Under the pieces are notes generated by a model. That model saw only the letters and a program-made list of their open reading frames with translations. It did no database searches and was not told the origin of the DNA. A stretch of 63,964 nt of DNA, the filler included, from Reclinomonas americana ATCC 50394 (lineage: Eukaryota): assembly GCA_048213135.1 (NCBI GenBank). It is 17 parts of 17 records of this genome, joined end to end, with 100 filler letters (N's around TTAATTAATTAA, not from the genome) between each part and the next. Parts side by side here need not be neighbours in the genome. Positions count along the whole stretch, not along the records: positions 45,272 to 47,669 come from AFZH01023918.1; positions 47,770 to 51,874 come from AFZH01023919.1; positions 51,975 to 61,987 come from AFZH01023920.1; 14 more parts are not named here. One strand, 5' to 3'. Positions 46,923 to 58,383 of the stretch are shown piece by piece. Every line of letters starts with the position of its first letter. Within the stretch, counting starts at the first letter, position 1. The position numbers and the translations under genes were made by a program.

Positions 46923-48085
46923 AGGGGACGATGGTGTGGCTGACAAGCGGGGTCGTGCAGGATCTCGTCACGGCGCAGGATCCACCCGAGTGCCCTATGT
47001 TGTAATGCAGGGAGGGGATCGTCTTGCTGGCAGGGAAGGTGCATTTAGCCGATGCTCTCTCTTGTGAACCAGCAGATACTGACACGCAAGACCGCTCAGG
47101 ATCGTAAGGACATATAGTGCTCAGTACTGCGACTCCTCGCGCTGGGAGTTGCGATTCGTCGGCTCTCTCTCTCTGTCTCCCTTGTGCACCAGCAGAAACT
47201 GACGGCATACCGCACAGGATCTTGTCATTCGTTTCGTCGGCGCACGCTCTGTGGACGCTGTCCAAACATGCAGCTGTGGGAGTTGCGTCTCTTTTGTTGA
47301 CGTTTATCTTGCACCAATAGAGATTAACGCGCACACTACTCAGAATCTAGGCACAATGCTGTGGCTTTTCTCGATGTTCCAGATGGTTCGTCTTGCATAC
47401 GCACGACTTGCTTGTCACGTCGGATCGAGCCGAGTCAAATGCTGTGGCTTCCCACACCGACGCCAGAGGTGCGTCTCATCATCGCTCGCATCGTTTCGAA
47501 GAAGAAGAGGAGGATGAAATAGAAGGAGGAGGAGGAGGAGGAGGAGGAGGAGGAGGAGGAGGAGAACGAGGAAGAAAAGAGGAAAATGAGGAAGAGGAAG
47601 AGGAGGAAAGTCGGTGAGTGCAAAGCAAGTAACGGGGGTGGAATTTCCTCCTCTTCCCCTCGTCCCTCTNNNNNNNNNNNNNNNNNNNNNNNNNNNNNNN
47701 NNNNNNNNNNNNNTTAATTAATTAANNNNNNNNNNNNNNNNNNNNNNNNNNNNNNNNNNNNNNNNNNNNCCTCCGTCGTGCGTCGTCGACGTACGTCGTA
47801 CGAAGACGAGGAAGGTAACGGTACGGTAGTACGTCGAACGACGACGTACGGGTACGGTGTCTCCTCTCCTCCTCCTCCTCCCTCCTCCCTCCTCCTCCTC
47901 TCTCTCTCTCTCTCTCCCTCTCCCTCTCCCTCTCCCTCTCCCTCTCTCTCTCCCTCCCTCCCTCCCTCCCTCCGTTTCTCCCTCCCCTTCAGAGGCTGCC
48001 TTTTTTTCTCCTGGCGCAATGCTGCCTCTCGTTCACTGTGGACTCTCCCCCTTCCACCCTTCCTCCTTCTCACCCTTTCCCTTCC

Positions 48086-49207
48086 TCAGTCGAGGGCCGT
48101 CGGGTAGCACGTGCCCACCATGTGACGCCCGAGCGAGTGCACGGTGACCTTGACGTGGTAGCCGCCCATCTCCACGGTAATCTCCGAGGCACCGGAGCTG
48201 TCGCCCTCGAGGAAGCACAGCGTGTAGAGCGCCAGCTCGAACTCGGGACTGGTGCCGATAAAGGTGCTGCCGACGGCCTTGCGCGCGCCCTTCCACATAA
48301 ACTGCAGCGTGAGCAGACGATCGGTGCCGTGCGGGAGCGGATCGCCACGGCGCCGCGGCAAAATGTAGCCCTGGTAGTCGAGCTCGCCCTTCTTCTCCTC
48401 CTGGAAGATCTGAATCCACGAGTGCATGCCAATGACCTCGCCATCGCGCGTCTCGCCGACAAACACATGCTCAAAGCCGCTCCTGTGCGTCACGAGCGTT
48501 CAGCGGGGCAGCACTGGTAAAAAGCAGCACAGAGCAGCACCACGCAACGAGTCACCACGCGTCTCTCGCGAATACAGCTTCAGCCAGATATCATTCAGCA
48601 GCTGCTTCCACTCGCGCTCTCCCTTCGGCGCCTTCTTCTTCGCCACCAGCCAGTTGTGCGCGTAATGCATGCACGGCGTGGCGGCGACCAAGTCGATAAA
48701 GTTGGTGTTCTCACGAGCCTCGTTGGTCGTCACCACCTCCGCCACACCCGTCTCCGACGTGTAATTGTCGAGGAGAGCGCGGAAGGCACCATAGGTCGGC
48801 CGCTGCCACACCTCATCGCGCACAAACTTGAAGAGCGGAAGAGCAGCGGCATCGCGAGCATCGCCCACGCGCTTGCCACCTCCCAGCTGCAACTCTACGT
48901 GACAAATGAAGGGGAGATGAGAATGTGTGTGTCATGCAACTTTGTGTCATGCATGTAGTAACCATAGTCGACTCCCGGCTCAATGTAGTTCGAGTCGAGG
49001 TTCCACAGGCGGTTGCAGGCGAGGCTAATGTCGGCGAGCTCGGCGGCAGAGGGCACCACATCGGACTGTGTGAGAGAGAGTGAGCAAGTGTGAGTGTGTG
49101 TGCGCGCAATGAGTGGTGCGCGCAACTGTCGACAGGTTGGCCATGGCGTTGGACACGGCGTGCACTCCGGAGCCACTTCCACCAGCAGAACGCGCAGCAG
49201 CTGCCAT
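48086..49207 (-). CDS. EndoU/XendoU poly(U)-specific endoribonuclease (3 introns)
   Basis: LWNLDSN, PTYGAFRALLDNY, SGFEHVFVGE..GMHSWIQ, GSTFIGTSPEFELALYTLCF, GTCYP. Confidence 0.95.
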
Positions 49208-49272
49208 TTTCAAATGAGTGAAGAAGATGAGTCCTGTAGACCGCCAGGGCGTTTTTCACTACGTTTCTCTTC

Positions 49273-51773
49273 TTACTCCGCCGGCTGCTGCAAGACCTCG
49301 ATCACAACCGCCCGCTCGCCACTGCTGAGCGCGGCGCGACGTCGCTCGCTGCTCACCGTCGCCCACTGCGTCTCCAGCCATTGCCTTCGCCTGTCGTTCT
49401 CCTCCTGTGAGGTGCTCCACGTACGCAGCACGCGAGCGAGGGAGACCAGAGCCACTACGGCCACTGGTGCTTGCGTGTCGCGCTCCCAGACGCTGGTCAG
49501 TAGCTGCCATACGCTTTCGACGCCTTCCATCACGGCGCCGGTCTCTAGCCGGCCGATGCACGTACGGGTCACCAGTCCGACGGCACGCACTGCCAGTGGT
49601 GGTGGCGAGGGCCCGCTGACGGGCACCCATAGCATGCTCACGATGCCGTGATTGAAGACGCGTTTCCAGCCGAGGAACGCACTGTGCTCACAAAATGGGG
49701 AGGTCAGGTACTACATGGTGGGGGACGGTGTATGGCGTACGCAACGACACCAAATCCACCGCCAGCAACGCCTCGAACTGCTCCTGTGGAGGCACATGCT
49801 CGTCGTCGGCATGCAGCAAGAGCGCCAGCAAGTCCGTGAATCGCTCGAGCAACGCCGCCATCACGGCTTCCTCCGTGGTCGCCAGTTCGCGTGTTGTTGG
49901 TGGTGGTGGCGGCCAGCGACATGCACGGCTAATCTGCTCAAACTCGCACTCCTCGTGCGCCAGTGTGCACCCCAAGGCAAGCGTGTCGCCCACCAACGTC
50001 GACGGCGACAACACCAACGGGTACTGACGAGCGACGGCGTCCAACAACGGCAGCGGCAAACTCGGAGCCATGCGCACGGCCTCCAACACCAGCGTGCGAC
50101 ACAACGCCAGCTTACCCGTGTACTGACACAGCTTGGCCACAAACAGGCTGCAGAGAAGTGTGAGAAGGAAAAAAAAAAAAGAGCCAACATGCCTTCTCCA
50201 CTCACGCACCCAATGCGAAACACCACCGCGGGAGTCTGCTCGAGAAGCTGGCGCAGCTGGCTGACGAGATGTCGGTGCGTGGCGCACATGACACGCCCGC
50301 ACAAATGCTTCACCGACTTTTTCCGCGACAGCCAGCACCACCGCATAGCGTCGGCCAGAGCCAGCGGCACAGCCATCACATCATCGCCACCCGATTCACC
50401 AACGACCACATCGCGGATCTGGCAGGCAACACGCTCCATAAACGCCGGTACCAACTTCTCCTCGCCGAGCAGCTCCAGTGAGTCGCGGAGGACACGCGGA
50501 TTCTCGCCAGCCATCACCGCCGTGAGCACACGCTGTACATCTGCACACGACTCCCATCGTCAGTGCATCAATACACGCAACAAGCACGCTGGCAGTCGCA
50601 CGCAACAAGGCTTATCCTTTTCTCTGCTCAGGCGGGCGAGCGGCTGCCGCGCAGCACGAATCTGCTGCTGCTGCTGCGTGCCGGGCGACGGTAAAGAACT
50701 GTCCATGGATGAGGTACGTCGCATTTTGCGCTGCGGCTGCCCAGCCTCGTCGCTGTCGTCGCCTCCCTCGCTCTCGTCTGAATTCATGCCATGGTCGACA
50801 TCGTCGTGATCGGCCAGCACACGCCGACCGGGGGCGTACCGTCCGTCGGCGACCCCGTCACTCTCACTCAACATGGACAGCGGTGACTCGGACGGCTGGC
50901 GTGCAGGTGTCCGGGCGGCGGGTGTCACTGGTGCGCCATCGGAGGACTGCCGCAGGGGCAAGTGAGCACGAGACAGGGAAAGAGCAGGAGGAGAGACACT
51001 TGCCTTGCGTAATCTCTTCCCCGTCGTCGTTGGCGTCGTTGTTGTCGCTGTGGTCGTTGTGCTGCTGGCAAAAGGATCTGTCAACAAAAGACGGCATTCT
51101 GCATCAAGAGAGATTTTAGTGCGACGCAACGAGATGGATCCGCCGGCCAGGCGCGGCACGATGTTCGGCGATATTGGTGGCCCCATACGTCTGTGAGAGA
51201 CAAAAAGTCAGGCAAAGACGCCATCGTCTTTGCCTCTGCGCTGCTCACAACGCAACGCTCCCATGGCCTGCATAATATTTTGCACAATTTGTGGCGACTC
51301 TGACGGCATGTCGATCTCGGGTGACACGGGCGCGCGTGGCAATCCGTTCTCGTCGTACTCATCCTCGTCCTCATCCTCCCCCAATCCACCGTCGGCATAC
51401 ATCTCTTCGTCCTCAGTGATCGACGATCTCCTCCGTACCGTGCCTCCCACCATGGCCGCCGCTTGAGTGGACCACTTTTTCACCTTGGGGTACGACGGGG
51501 TTGTGGATTTGCTCTGTGTAATAGAGTAAGAACACTTCTCACACAAGACTGAGCTGCGACCGGCACGTACCCAGTGCGGTTTGAGCAGCGCATCGAGGTT
51601 CGCCTGCATGTTCAAGTGCAGCACATGGCACAACTCGGCATACGACTGTGCAGGCATGAGCATGAGAGGAAGCAAGGCAGAAAGAGAACAGGTCACTTGA
51701 GAGAGAGGAGGGACAGCACAACTCGGCATACGACAGTGCGGGTATAAGCATGAGAGGAAGCAAGGCAGGTCAC

Positions 51774-51821
<48 letters not shown>

Positions 51822-51974
51822 GGAGGGACGGACGACGACGACGACGTACGTAGTAAGTACGGTACGGTACGGTANNNNNNNNNNNNNNNNNNNNNNNNNN
51901 NNNNNNNNNNNNNNNNNNTTAATTAATTAANNNNNNNNNNNNNNNNNNNNNNNNNNNNNNNNNNNNNNNNNNNN

Positions 51975-52034
<60 letters not shown>

Positions 52035-53420
52035 AGAGAAAGAGAGGAGGGACAGCACAACTCGGCATATGACTGTGCAGGCATGAGTATGAGAGGAAGC
52101 AAGGCAGAAAGAGAACAGGTCACTTGAGAGAGAGAGAGAGGAGGGACACCACAACTCGGCATATGACTGTGCGGGTATGAGCATGAGAGGAAGCAAGGCA
52201 GAGGAGAACAGGTCACTGGAGAGAGAGGAGGGACAGCGCATGAGTGAGTGCGTAACTGCACTCCTCAGGGCAGGAGTGACTGAGGGAGAAGGAGTAAAAG
52301 GGAGCGGGCAAGAGACTGAGAGACAAGAGGACTTGGTGTGTGACATGCACAAAACTCTCGACGGCGGAACCGCGACACCGTTCGCCTGGGCCAACCTCAG
52401 CGCCTCCTCGAGCCCCCGCTGCTTCGTCTCCGCCTGCTTCAACGCCGCCGCGTACTTGCGCTTCGCCGCCTCGGCTTCACGCAGATGAGCAGTCAGCTCT
52501 CGCACAGCACGATTGGCCGCCGACGCCTCGGCCTTCCATCGCTCCATCATTGCCGTCTGCTGCTGCATGGCCGTGGCATGCGCCACGCGCAACTGACTCG
52601 CCCGTGCCTGCGCCTCCTCGCGCACACGCTGCACCTCCTCACGCGCACGCTGCACCTCGGCGGGATCCACCACCGCCACCGGCACCGGCACCGGCACCGG
52701 CATCGCCTCCCGTGCAGCCAGCTTGCGTTCCAGCTCAGCCACCCGTGCCTCGGCCTCCGCGGAAGCACGAGCCGTCGCCTTGGCCGCCGCAGCCTCCAAC
52801 TTGACCTTTTGCGCCTGCATCGCGGCCGTGTGCGTCTCGTTTGCCTTTGCCACTGCGCGCTCCACCGCTCGCTCGTCGGCCAGCTCCACGCGCTTCCGCA
52901 GCTGTGCGACGAGCATCTGGTGTGCCTGACTGTCGTTGCGCACCTGCTGCAGCTCGCGTTGGAGGGTGTCGCGTTCGGCGCGAAGGGCGGCCACCTCGCG
53001 TTGCAGTGGTTCGACAGTGCGCAGTTCCTGGAGCGGGTGGTGTGTGAGGGGAGAGAGAGAGAGGAGGGGAGAGACAGTGGAGGGGGTGTGTGTGCTCACT
53101 TGCCGCGCGGCCTCCAGTTCTGCACTCGTCTGTTGTTGCATGTCGAGAATGGTGTTCGAGTGCAGCAAGATCTTCTTGACGCTGGTGACTTGTCGGCGGA
53201 TTCGATCGGCTTGTTCTTTGCTGAGAGCGCCGTCGGTGGTGGGGGGAGAGAGGGGGGGAAGGGGGTGGGGGTGGAGGTGGGGGGAGGGGGAGGGGGAGGG
53301 GAGGTCTCCATGGTGCAGGAATTGGGCGAAGGCAATTGCGGGACATGACTTCGACGGTGTGCCTGCTGGCTCACAAGGCAGGGACAGCGTGTTTCCGAGC
53401 AGAGGTACGTGCTTTATGTG
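49273..53420 (-). CDS. Large unknown protein with an N-terminal coiled coil, multi-exon, probably spanning the gap at ~51900
   Basis: Coiled-coil exons at 52350-53230; acidic/low-complexity and helical exons at 49273-51630 on the same strand; same minisatellite on both sides of the gap; ends approximate. Confidence 0.5.
51629..52240. repeat. ~90-bp intronic minisatellite (CACAACTCGGCATAYGACTGTGC..AGGAAGCAAGGCAG..GGTCACT) with (GA)n
   Basis: Units at ~51629, 51717, 52056 and 52150. Confidence 0.85.
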
Positions 53421-53554
53421 CACTGTGCCATGGTGCGCGTGTGAGTGGAAACATCAATGATGAAGATGCAACGTCGAAAGTCATCTCAGAGTTCGCGGAT
53501 CCGCTAACGGAGAAGAGAGTTGAATGGTGAGCCGGTTCATTCTCCTTCACAATA

Positions 53555-56500
53555 TTATGCCGGCCTCTCGTGCAGTCGCCGACAAACTTCCAGCCACTCC
53601 ACAGTATTCACGGTGCTTGGATCCTCCTCACCAAGTACCGCTCGCCGACCATCCACACACTCCACCAGCAGTGCCTCTGCCTCGGACCATCGTTGCTGTT
53701 TAATGAGCAGAAGGCCGAAGTTGTACATCGTACGCAACATATCTTCGTGTTTGTTGCCCAACACTTCTCGCTCTCCCCTCAAGCACTTACGATACAAATC
53801 AGCAGCTTCCGCCAGTGATTCTGGAGTGTCTTGTTGTGCGAGAGCACCAGCAAGATTGTTCATCGACATAAGAGTGTCTGGATGTCGATCCCCCAGCGAC
53901 GCTCGCTTCAACTGCAAGCAATCTCGGTTCAGTTGAATTACTTCCTCTAGACGACTATCATCTCGGATACATGCGGCAAAATTGCTCATAGACGTCAACG
54001 TGTCTGGATGATCAGCACCAAGAACTAAACACCGCATCTCCCAACACCATTGATAAACAATCTCAGCATTGGCAGTTTTTTTGTGATCATCGTAGAACCA
54101 CGCCTGCAAATTCAGCGTCAACAGCGAGTCTGGATGACTCTCTCCCAACGTCGCACACTGCCGCCCATGACACTGCATCAGAAGCGGTAAGATGCCTGAA
54201 CAGTGACCAAACCACATCAAGCAGCGAAATGCGTCAATCCTATCCAGCACAGTCATCTCGCCACTGTCATCCCTCTCCCACTCGTCACACAGAAGCCACG
54301 CCTGCTGCCACGCTGCGTTTCGCTTATCCAACTGACGAAGCATCTCAAATAACCATGCACGACACTTGACCACCACAATACAAAGCAGTCGTCGCACTGA
54401 ACTCGTCCGATTATCCCCATCTCCATGCTCTCCACACTCTGTCATACGACGTACCAGTGACATGGCCACTGACGTGTTGAATCCAGCAGAAGGCAGTTCT
54501 CTACTAACCCACAACGCAGCAATCCACTCCACCGCCCCACACTGCACCAGAAGCCCATTCACACCCACGGCATCTCTCGCCCACATGCCGTCATCCTCGC
54601 CCAACCGTCGCCACACAGCGTGAAGCACGCCGAGCAAGTCGCAAGACACCAACAGCACAATATAGTTGTCATTCCAGTCAACGCCACTCAGCATAGAACA
54701 CGCGAGTCGCACCAGCAGTCGCTGCATCCGTGACACGACATCCCCCCACCGTCCCACAATCCACCCAGCAATCTCATCGTGCACTCGATACTCCACCACC
54801 ATATCGCTCTCCCTCACATGCTCACCACAAAGCACACGAGCCACACTGTCCATGCTGCCACTGGCACCCACCGTCACCAGATTCGATATACACAGACCCT
54901 CCAGCACATCCTCCACCTTGTCTTCACCACCACCAGCCACCAACTCATCACGCCGAGCACGCACTCGCTGCTCATCTTCCACACCCATCTCGTCAAACTG
55001 CAGTTTCTCACCCACTACCTCGGGCACACGCCGTCGCCTCTCCTGTGCCAGCTCATGCAATCGCAGTCGACGCACACACCATCCCAACTCCACCAATCGA
55101 CCAGCCGCCTCCTCATCTTGATCAACAGCAGCCTCCTCATCTTCATCACCACCAACCACAGCCACCGTAAAATCGGGAATCACTCGCAACACACCCATCG
55201 CCACTCGTGCAAGTGCCACTGTCACTGGCAAGCCGAGTTCCTTGCATGCCGTAATTAGAACCAACAGTCGACGCGCAGCTGGTGTCTGCGACATCACATT
55301 GCGTTCCAGCAGCCGAGACAGTGCATCGCCACCGATTCCACTCAGCACCTCCTCCAGCCGCGCCCCTACCAGCTGTGCTGGCGATTGCGACAGCAACCAG
55401 CTGCAAGACGAAGAAGAGAGAAAAGAGTGAGTCTTCTCATGCGCACCACTCCCCCACGCACTCAAAGCACTCACCCAACACACGCACTCACTCGCAGTGC
55501 ACTTTTCTCCTCCTGTCCACTCTCCAGCGCCTCCACAATCCGTCGTCGCACATCTCCCGACACCTTGTGAAGGAGTCGCTCCTCCACCAGCTGCACAATG
55601 TCCTCGTTCTCCACGCTCTCCACTCGCACACACTCCACCTCCGCCTCGTGCATCATCGAGTCACGAATCTCATCCGCCACTTGTCCATATCGACTCGTCA
55701 CCACCACAATAGGTGCCACAATTCCGCCTGCACAAAGACACACAATGATACACAGCAAGTCAGGAACCAACATCAAAACAAGAATGACGATTCTCAATCT
55801 CGTGACACAACGCACCCTCATCAGCACATTGAATAACATTCCGCACTTGCTCCGCCGATCCCACATTGTCCAACACAATCACTCCACTCGATGCATGCAT
55901 CAGCTGGCGCAGGAGACGACGTGCTGGCTCCACCTCGCCACTCGCCAGCAGCGCATCCACCTTACCGGCCATTCTTCGTCCCTCCTCTTCTTCCACTCGC
56001 ATCTGTGCCGTAACAAAGGCACGCAGACACTCGCCCACAGCACTCTCCGCCTGTAGCATGGGGCAAGGAGAGAGGGGGAGAGTCAGAATGCCAACAGAAT
56101 GATGAAGCATCATGAAAGACAACATGCTTGCTCCTCTGCACACCTTCACATGCTCCCTCGCATCACCTACATGGCCACGCATTTCCACCGACACGGCAGA
56201 TCCCTTCCATCGACGAGTCGCCAACAACTCGGTCACCAGCAGCTCGGCCAGGAATGACTTGCCAGTGCCACCATCACCCGTTAGCACCACCATGATCGGA
56301 TTATGTGCTGTGCAAGATATCATCACCACCAACAGAAAACACGATAAGGACACATGAATGTAGAGAAGGAAGCAGGTGGAGAGTGAGAAGGAACAACCAA
56401 CCTTCCACAGCATCCACAATGCGCGTGGCGAGCGAGGACGCCAGTGCACGTCGACTCGGGAAGCGGAATGTGGTCACTGGATTGACGGTGCGGGCGATGA

Positions 56501-57790
56501 GTGGTGTCTTGGGTGGGCGATTGCTGTCTGGTGCTGTGTCGCACAATGAGAGTGAGTGAGCAAATGAGCACAGCAATGCACACTCCATGCAGGCACATCA
56601 TGGAACACACCTGCAGCTAAGGGAGAAGAAGGAGAGATGCTTATTGTGGTCAGTTGCTGCCGCATGAGCTCCACTTCGACGCGTATCTGATCAATCACAA
56701 GCAAGTGAGAAACAGAAAGCCGCCTGCAAGCGACCATCGCCCTGAAGTAGTCCCACTCAACTTGCTCCATGTGTGCCAGCAGCAACGACTGGTCTGTTTG
56801 ACTCAACGCACCTGCATTCGACAGCATCAGCTACCACATTCAATCAAATCATCCACACACATGCACCAGCCATCTCTCCCTCCACTCACCATCACGAGCC
56901 TCGTTCAGCTGCATCACCAATTCCTCCTCCACATCCCTGCCAACCTGCAGTCGCCGCACAAGCTTATGCAACTCGCCCTCTCCTCCTCCATCACCGAGCA
57001 GGGGCACAAAGAGTCCACGAGCTCGTGCGGGACTCGCCAGCTCAAACACCTCCCTCATTCGCGCAATCGCATCGCGCTGTGCACAAAGAGAATGAGTGAC
57101 ACAAGCACACAGAGATGATGATCACACTCCTCCTCCTTCCATCTCATTCACACACACTCACCACATCGCCAGCTGGAATCAGGCGATCCGGCTCTTCTCT
57201 CGGGTGCTCTCGATGACCCGCCAGCAGCAAAATCGAGCAGCACAGCATCGCATCAATCGAACTGCAGTCGTGCAGCTGGCCTCGCTGGCGCCACTCGCGC
57301 ACCGTCTGCTGTTCCTTCTCGCTCAACTGGACACACATGTCCACTCCGTCTGGCATGGAGCTGTATGTCGGGAAAGCACAAAGAATGAGAGGAATCTGGT
57401 GAGTGAGGGAATGCGTGTGACAAGAAAGAGAGGGCATTCATCGAGATAGAATGCCGAGTCGTGTGGTGAGACAATGAAGAGTGTGAGAATGGGGAGAAAG
57501 GGATGACCAGCGCGTCACCAGCTGCAACTTTCTGTTCCCTTCTCTCTTCCTCTCTCATTCACAACTTCAATCTGCATCATGCCATTGTGTGCTTCTGCAT
57601 CCTCCCCCACATACTCACCGCACATCACGCTCACTCGGTGCCTTGCACCACTCGGCAACATGATTCACACCGGGATACGAATCGAGAAACGCCGGCAGCA
57701 CTTGCTCGAGTTTCGATTGCAGAGCGCGGGTGCATGGACGAGAGAATGCCATGGCAAGGCGCATCATGCATTCCTCATCTGCAACGTCGT
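53555..57790 (-). CDS. NLR-like STAND protein: inactive HEPN-like domain - NB-ARC - TPR (multi-exon; 5' end may extend to 58013)
   Basis: Walker A VVLTGDGGTGKS, Walker B VIVLDNV, sensor VVVTSR; kinesin-light-chain-type TPRs (LGADHPDTLTSMSN, LGDRHPDTLMSMNNLA); N-terminal exons homologous to the 38460-39030 domain. Confidence 0.85.
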
Positions 57791-58383
57791 GATGACTATG
57801 TGAGAGAGAGAGGAACGAATCACACACACAGTGTGAGAATGACGATGACGATGCATCTGACAACACACAATGAGAGAGACACGCAACTCCCGCGGCACTC
57901 CACTCCCACACGCCATGATGGTGCGCCACAACATGCGCTGTGGCACGTACTGCAGCTGTCAACGATCGATATCGCGCAGTGATTGAAATTTCGAATTCTC
58001 TCATCATGATCATGTATGGCCATGGTCACGCTGCGTGCACTACATGCGACACGTTATAGTTCATCTGTCAGTCTCAGTTAGAGAGAAGTGCGTGAGCCCG
58101 ATTGAAGTGATCGCACCAGAAAGCCGATCGAGCAAATACTGTACATTGACGACATTACAGTACTGTTGGATCTTATATTGAGTGATTCGTCCCCCACACC
58201 GTCCCCCACCGTACGCAGTGTGTCATATTGAGACCAATTATCGCAATTTTATTTTTTTAATCCCTACTTGGAGAGCGCAGTGGAGTATTGCAGCAGCTAG
58301 AGGTGCTATTTGCATTCAGTACAGTGTAGTTCACGTCGTCGTCCCTCACATCGCTGCAATGCACAGTTCGTCGTGTAAACACA

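Noticed and set aside
47770..47860. Odd TACG/GTAC-rich strings at contig ends (also 45272-45285 and 51828-51874)
   Set aside because: They look like flow-order noise from pyrosequencing reads beyond microsatellites, so they are probably artefacts.
48086..49207. EndoU as part of the NLR/HEPN system
   Set aside because: An ordinary conserved eukaryotic EndoU on a separate contig; no evidence of linkage.
51629..52240. Repeat array as a CRISPR
   Set aside because: The units are ~90 bp with no unique spacers, there are no cas genes, and the context is a eukaryotic intron.
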